Shown piece after piece: positions 55,891 to 64,000 of a stretch of 64,000 nucleotides of DNA (within the stretch, counting starts at the first letter, position 1; each line of letters starts with the position of its first letter). The stretch lies in assembly GCF_009914755.1 (NCBI RefSeq), contig NC_060947.1; one strand, given 5' to 3'. Both the position numbers and the translations under genes were made by a program. The notes beneath the pieces are model-generated. The model was given only the letters and a program-made list of their open reading frames with translations, did not search any database and was not told the origin of the DNA. Source of the stretch: the human T2T-CHM13v2.0 reference genome, Homo sapiens.

Positions 55891-57179
55891 AGTGCAAGTG
55901 TGACCGTAAGTCACGGAGGAAGGGGTATGCAGTCATTTTTTTCTACAACAGTAAGCAACATCCCCTCTCTTTCCCTGTTCCGCATCCTGCCTACATGTCC
56001 TGCCTGGTCGCCTGGCTCCTCCACGTGCACTTGATGCTCCAGCCAGATAGACTGTGCACACCTGGGCAGAGGGAGTGCTGGTGAGTGCACATGTCTACGT
56101 GTGTGTCTGTGTGCGGTGTGCACGCGTTCCTGCGCAGGCACCCTGTGGGTGCATGCACTAGTGACTGTCAATCCTCTGTCTGTGGGCTGGCTCCCATAAT
56201 CCATGCTACGTCCTGAATTCCACTGCCGGTTTTTCTGTTCACCAATCTCAAGGACCTGGCTTCAGTTTCCCTGGTAACCAACCTCAGCCCTTAGCTTCAA
56301 CCTCTGAGCACAGGAAGACAGCCAGAGTGGGGAGGGGTGTTGTCTCACCCACAGGGCCCCTGCCGGAGCTGAGCACCCCAATGGGATGAGTGGCAGCACG
56401 GTTACCAAGACAACAGAACTCTCGACCCCTTTCCACCTGCAAGGCTCTTCTCCCTCTCCTGGGCCTGCCGAGCATCAGGTCGGAAAGGTAAAGCTGTGGC
56501 ATAACCACCCTCCTAAGTCCTTGAAATTGCTCTAGACGTGGCTGTAGAATAAATATGTCAAAAGATGCTCTTGAAAGAGAAGGCAACCCCTACTTTTTTT
56601 TCCCAATTCATTAACTACAAACAAGGCTATGAAGTCCAAGGTTATATTTAAAAATCAGGGCAGGCGAAAGGGAGTGTGTGCTTATGTCTCTCAACGTCAG
56701 CTGTGCATCAGGTCTCTCGTGGAGCATTTGTCCAAGAGCAAATGCCGGACCCCATCCCCAGAGAGTCTGACTTAGCAGGTCTGGAATGTGGCCCCAGCAT
56801 GAGTATCATTTTATAACTCCTCTTATGAAAGACGAGGTGGCAGCTGCAGAAACGGAACCATCCTCATAGGAAGTAAAGCATATCTGAAACACAAGGTCCC
56901 TCGCCAAAGGGAAAGCAGGACGTCTTTGCTCCCTGCTGTGCTGGCGGTTTCTAGGGCTAATAGATTTCCCGGGCTAAGGAAAGGTCAAAAACATTCAAAG
57001 TAATGTGAGTGCGTGTTTTACAGCTGACACTGTGCTCGCCTTCCTCTATATTCCTGAAATCAAAATTTTCACGTTAACATGCTGCATTTGCCAGTGAAAT
57101 TTATTGTTGTTTCTGGTGAGGGTCTCCTATGCTCGAGTTCTTTTCTTTTTTTTTTTTTTTAACTTTCCACATACCCTCT

Positions 57180-57220
57180 TTTTTATTACTATTATTATTA
57201 TTATTATTAATATTATTCTT

Positions 57221-57261
<41 letters not shown>

Positions 57262-57770
57262 TAAGAACACTTAGCCAAAAATCTACTCTTTTAGTAAATT
57301 TGAAGTATACAATACAGTGTTTTTAGCTATAGGCATTATGCTATGTAGTAGATCTCTAGAACTTCTTTATCTTACATAACTGAAACTTTGCAACTTTGAC
57401 CATCAACCCTCCATTCCCTGCCCCAACCAGCCCCTGGCAACCACCATTCTACTCTCTGTTTATATAAGTTTAACTATTTTAGATTCCACATATAAGTGAG
57501 GTCGCACAGTATGTGTCTGGCATATTCACTTAGCATAATGTTCTCAGGGTCCATCCATGTTGTCACAAATGTCAGAATTTCCTTCTTTTTAAGGCTGAAT
57601 AATATTCCATTGTATGTATATACCACATTTTCTTTATTCATCCATCAATGAACACTTAGGTTGTTCTTATATCTTGCTTATTATGAATAGTGCTGCAAAG
57701 AACATGGGGAGTATCTGGACTATCAATACCCAGAAGTGAGATTACTGGATCATATGGTAGTTATTTTCAA
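57180..57770 (-). mobile_element. L1MA 3' end with (TTA)n/(TG)n tail region
   Basis: cccctggcaaccaccattctactctctg; ttccacatataagtgag. Confidence 0.8.
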
Positions 57771-60517
57771 GGTGAGTAAAACACTGCATAGATACGTTCA
57801 CGAGACATTGCACAATCATTCCTTGAATCTAGAGATGGCTCAGATTTGTATTAGCTGATGTGGATGAATCAGCTCCCAGGCTTACTTATTGTGTTGAGAT
57901 GTATTTTTCACATGTTATTATAATTAGTGATATCAGATTAATCCTTCCGCTTAAAGGGCCATATAGGACTAGGAAATGTACGATGAAAAATACAATTCAG
58001 CAGTCCCTTGTTTCATGTGGTGCACCCGTGGAGACCCACCTCCGCAAACTTCTCTTTTTTTTCTTCAGCTATTTCTTCTGAATATTAACCTCTGTGTCTC
58101 TAAATGATGGGCTCCTACTGCTATGTCCCGATTTAGGGATTTGGAGGTTATCTGCTGAGTTCTCGGAGGAGATGAGCATTTCGGTCTCTGAGATACATTA
58201 CAGGGCCCGGGTCTGCTCTTTGGCCTTCCCTGTGGGGGCCACCCAAGCCAGGGTCTGGGCCTCCACTCGGATGCCTGTAGAGAGTCTCTGCCAATACAAA
58301 GCCTTCACGGGAGACTCTTTGCTCATCTGTGGCAATGTGGAGGTCATGGTTGGCTTTTTCCAGAGGCTTGCAGCAGAGTCACGGGGTGATCTGCAGCCAA
58401 CCTGGCAGTATTCCTAGGTTCTGGGGTTCAGGAACTGAGTGGATGGCGGTGCCAACCCATGAGACAAGGGACACAGTTGGGGGTCATCCGCTGATTTGTT
58501 GGGCTTGTGGGATATCTGAGTGGACATGCTCCTGAAACCATGCCCTGTGGGGGCTCTGGGGCTCAGCTGGGATTTTCCTGGTGGAGTTCGTGATGCAGGA
58601 ATCCATCAGCACACAAGCGGAGAAGGACGGAACCAAGTCTGGGTGGCCATGTGGGCACCCAGGGTCACCTACAGAATGAGGAGTGTCCAGGGCAAAGGTC
58701 GCAAGAGGGAGGAGGAGTCCTGCTGGGGGAGCACAGAGCAGTCTTGTGATGAGAGTGGTGGACCTATGGGGCTTGGAGTTGGGGTGATGGAAGGGGCTGG
58801 GTACATGGGGGCACTTGGTCTGGAGATTCACACCGAATGCCTGGTGTGAGGAGGTTTCTTTGCTTGGGACCATAGAAGCACGAGGAGCCATCAGAAGCCA
58901 GAAGAGGTTGTTCGTGTCTGTGGCCCTGGCCAGGATGGATTTCCAGCCTCTGTAAACCTAAGCCCTATCGTGAGAGTGGCCTCAAAGTGTTATCCCTCGT
59001 GGTGAGGAGGCTGTGCTTTTGGGCCCTTCAAGGGAGGATCAGAGAGACTTAGCCACAGGGTGACACAACAGAACTCCCCTGGGAGTTCTCCATGGGAACT
59101 GCGAGGGGCCCCGTGTTCCAGTATTCTTTGCAAATGCAAGGAGAGCCCCGAGTCTGGAGGTTCAGATATCTTGCAGCGAGCCACCTGTACCAGGCCGCCA
59201 TAAATAATGGTGGGGTATGTTCCCCAGTGAAGGAGCAGGTGCGATGCAAGAAAGATTCCGGCCACCACTACCTGGCCACAGCCCAGGTGCCGTCGGGAAC
59301 TGAAGGTCTTTGTCAAGGAAACTCGTCATTGCAAAGCTCCTTAAACTCTCTTTGGGCGGTGGGGGGGGGGCAGTCTCCGGGTGTCTACCTGGGTGGTACC
59401 CCCTATAAGAAAAGGGGACCACATGAGGCATGAATGTGACAAGAGGAGAAGCACGCCCTTCCTCCAAATTGACCCCTTTAGAGATCTCAGGATGAGACAC
59501 AAGGGCCCCGGGAGCCTCTCTGGGTCTGGTTCCTGGTGTGCATTTGCCAGACTCTTCGGCCTCAGAGCGCTGCTGGGGCGTGAAGAAGTGCTGTGGAAGT
59601 CATGATTTTCTCAGCGTCAAGAGCCCAATCAGGATCTGGAAGTGGTGGAGTGGCCTCGGAGTTCCAGGTACTCGAGAGGCTGAGGTGGGAGGATGGCTTG
59701 AGCCGAGTTCAAGGCTGTAGTGATGTATGTTTGCACGACTGCACTCCAGCCTGGGTGACAGAGCAAGACCTTATATCAAAAAAAAAACAAAACCGAATCA
59801 GGCAATGCGTATATAAATGTTTTCTAAATCTTACAGCTCCACGTGAAGTAAGAGTGCTATTACTGATTTTGTTTTTGCTGTCTAACTGTGGCGGCTGCTT
59901 CTATTAGTAACCGAGTTCTATTATTAAATGAAAACACTCAATGGGGCCCAAGACAGCTGACTCGCCCCGGGGTGGAGAAGCGAGACCTGCCCAAAGGGCC
60001 ATGCCAGTGCACTAGGGCGCATGGCGTCTGTGAGAAATGAGGAGGTTCTGCCTTGGAGAATGAGTTTCTGCCAGGATACAACAATGGGAGACAATTCTTG
60101 GGTCTGTCAGGAGCCACTGAAGTTCTCCCCTGTACCTTTCAACTCTTGGGAGGAAACTGGCATTATGTACATTTGAAAGAAATAGGAAGGAAAAAAGCCC
60201 TCCTTCTTTTAATAAGAAATTTTGGCTTGCTGCATTTGCTCCAGGCGTCATTCTCTGTCTGTAGAAACATTGTTTCACTCCACCCTCCAGGGCTCAGGTC
60301 CTGGGAAGTGGGGTCTATCTTAATAAAGAACACTGGAGCCCGGCATGGCTGGGGATGTCAATGATGGCCCTGAAGGAGGCCCTGCTCACCTCGGTGACAC
60401 GCTCATTGGCTGCTCCACTCTCTGTGTGTGTCTGGTTTTCTCCTCTTTCTGTGCTCTGTTTGGGGAGGGTCTATTTATGGGGAGTTAATATCATCTCAGA
60501 TGATTAAAGAAGAGGTG

Positions 60518-60800
60518 GCAGCCATGCACACTGGTACACACCAGTAATCCCAATCATTTGGGAGGCTGAGGCTGGAGGATGCTTGAGCCCAGGAGTTTGA
60601 GACCAGCCTGGGCAACATAATGAGACCTCATCTCTACAAAGAATAAAAACATTAGCCGGCTGTGGTCGTGCAAGATTGTACTCCCAGCTACTGGGGTGGT
60701 TGAGGTGGGAGGATCTCTTGAGCCCAGGAGTTTGACGCTGCAGTGAGCTACAATCATGCTACTGTACTCCATCCTAGGTGACAGAAAAAAAAAGAGAAAG
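60518..60800 (+). mobile_element. AluJ-like
   Basis: Diverged dimer with A tail. Confidence 0.85.
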
Positions 60801-62890
60801 AAAAGAAGGGGGAAAAAAACCCTTCTTTTTATGAGAATCTTTGGCTTACTGCTTTTTCTCTAGACATCCTTTCCTGGCTCTCGACACATGTTTTGACTCC
60901 AAGCTCCATGGCTCAGGCCCTGGGAAATGGGGTCTGTCTTAATAAAGGACAGTAGAGCCTGGCCTTGCATGGGGAGGGGAACGACAGCTTCTCTCTTCTG
61001 TGTGTCTGTCAGATTCTTTGCTCTTTCTGTGTCCTGTTTTGGGAGTCTGCTTATGAGGGGTTAAAATTGTCCTGGGTTACAGTAGGGAAGACAAGTACGT
61101 CCCATTCCCTTGCTACTGTGGACTGATAAGACGGTGTGCAGAGGAGGAGTCGCAGGGAATGGTATGCAGAGAGCAACAAACTCACTCAAGCCCCTCACAC
61201 CCCACAAGCACGCTGGCTTATTTATTCTCTCTGACTGATTTGACATTTGTCTTGCTTGTCCACCCTCTGGACTGGATAGTAAGGGGAAACAAACGCACTG
61301 GATTTTCGTCTAATCTGGTGTCATCTGATGCTGTCATGTAACCGATCCATTTGTATAAATGCTCAATCTGTTTTGGCGAAAATGATCAGTCTCTTGGATT
61401 GCCACCCCACCTCCCTACTCTTGTCCAAGATGGGGAAGGGGCATATATGGCTTTTGAGTCTCCATGGTGATGTGGGAAGGGGCCTATGACATTGTATGTT
61501 GGCTGCAGTGTCCTCGGTGGGTTCTGAGGGAAGGCTCACTCTTGTCCCCAGGTCCTGCTGTCGACGCTGCCCTGCTCACCCATGCGTGAGGCTGGCGTAA
61601 CTTGCATTTTTGTCTCTCTCTCATCTTGATCAGGACCTTGTGCTCCCTGGCTGACTTGACCTCAGCCCACCTGTGCTGGCATCTAGCCGACCCTTCTGAG
61701 TCAGGGCCTCATGCTCTCCCCGACCCCTGACCAGTGCTGTCCACTCCACAGCCTCAGCTGCAGGGTCTCCTAGCTCCTATCTGGCTTATGCTTGCTTCAT
61801 GGTAGCACCGCTGGGTTTTGAATCAGCCACTTCCACATTCCCCTCTCAGAGAATGTAGAGCGCTGAGGTCTCCCAAAACAGCAGGAACCAAGATCAGCTC
61901 TACAAAGTGAAATTCCTCAACTCCAGACATCCCTCTGCCCAAAGAGGCTACTGGGCCATTCTGCAAAACGAGCTCCAAATTTGCATGAGGTAAAACCCTC
62001 TTTTACTCGAAGCTTCTCTCCACTCCCTTGTCACACCTTCCTCCTCTGAGATGTCTGACTCTGTCACTGCCTCTGGGGACCTCCTACCCCCTGTGACCAG
62101 AACAGGACACCTTCTTTGGCTTGTCTTTCATGTTCACCTCAGACTTGCCCTGTTATATCCAGGTCAAGAAGGTCACAGTTGGGAATTTGTACTTGGTTCA
62201 GAACAACAGTAGAATATGTTTCCAAGGGCCTGAGCCATGGAGCTTGGATTCAAAAAAATGTGTCCAGAGCCAGGAAAGGACGCCTAGGGAAAAAGCAGTA
62301 AGCCAAAGGTTTACTGCTTCTTACTTATAAGAAGAAGGGGAGATTTTTCCCTCTTGTTTCTCTCTCTTTTTTTTTTTTTTTTTTTGAGACACCCTCTCGT
62401 TCTGTCACCAAGGCTGGACTATAGTGGCACAATCATAGCTCACTGCAGCCTCAAAATCCTGGTTTCAAGAGATCCTCCCACCTCAGCCACCCCAAAATAC
62501 AGATTAGGGACAAAAGCCCTATTGAAGGGAGTTGAGGAGGCCGTGGCCTCAGAACTCCAGGCAGTTTTTGTTGAAGGGCAGCACATTCTGTGCCAGCAGC
62601 TGCTGAAGGACATGTGGGGAGAGGGTGGGTTTTTCCTCCTTTGCTTGTGGAGTGCTCCAACGTAGAGGGGGCAGTTGATGACTTTGAAGGGAGGAGGGAT
62701 CATTGCAGGAGCAAAGCCCCTGAGAAGGTGGGAGGTATGGGATCCTGAGCTGAGGTGAGGAGCTGGCTTCAGTTAGGAGCACTGTATGCAGAAGGGCGGC
62801 AGAGAATGCCAGGGCAGGCACGGGTAGACCGGGCTTGGGAAGCCCTAAGAGTTCCCAGTGGATTGCTTCTGTCTTCTCGATGAATCCTTA

Positions 62891-64000
<1,110 letters not shown>

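Noticed and set aside
58480-59650. Cluster of overlapping 60-135-aa ORFs in GC-rich unique sequence
   Set aside because: No recognisable homology or consistent frame. A decayed gene cannot be excluded without tBLASTx.

Overview
Primate (human-like) genomic DNA that I recognise from two encoded proteins as the Xp11.22 XAGE3 / FAM156 locus. XAGE3 (GAGE/PAGE/XAGE cancer-testis family) lies on the - strand: four coding exons at 10044-5529 give a complete 111-aa ORF with canonical GT/AG sites, and there are two duplicated candidate first exons. A FAM156-family gene, probably FAM156B, lies on the + strand with a CpG-island promoter at ~39.75-40.7 kb, a single coding exon (50112-50753, 213 aa) and AATAAA at 51422. 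A second CpG island with repeated ETS/RFX-like motifs runs off the right edge. The rest is mostly transposon DNA: three L1PA elements, old L1M/L2/MIR, many Alus, LTRs and Tigger elements. Almost all other ORF-track entries are spurious or repeat-derived. I see no convincing new protein-coding system. The most unusual signals are structural: (1) three L1 copies share apparently private variants in a non-tree-like patchwork, suggesting ectopic gene conversion; (2) templated-insertion scars involve the same L1 site in two copies; (3) a cryptic ~40-bp-period array at 31.3-32.4 kb; (4) a 17-bp minisatellite built from its own 28-bp flanking duplication; (5) several local direct or inverted micro-duplications. 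Repeat family names come from my memory of consensus sequences and need RepeatMasker/Dfam confirmation. Repeat boundaries are approximate unless a TSD is given.
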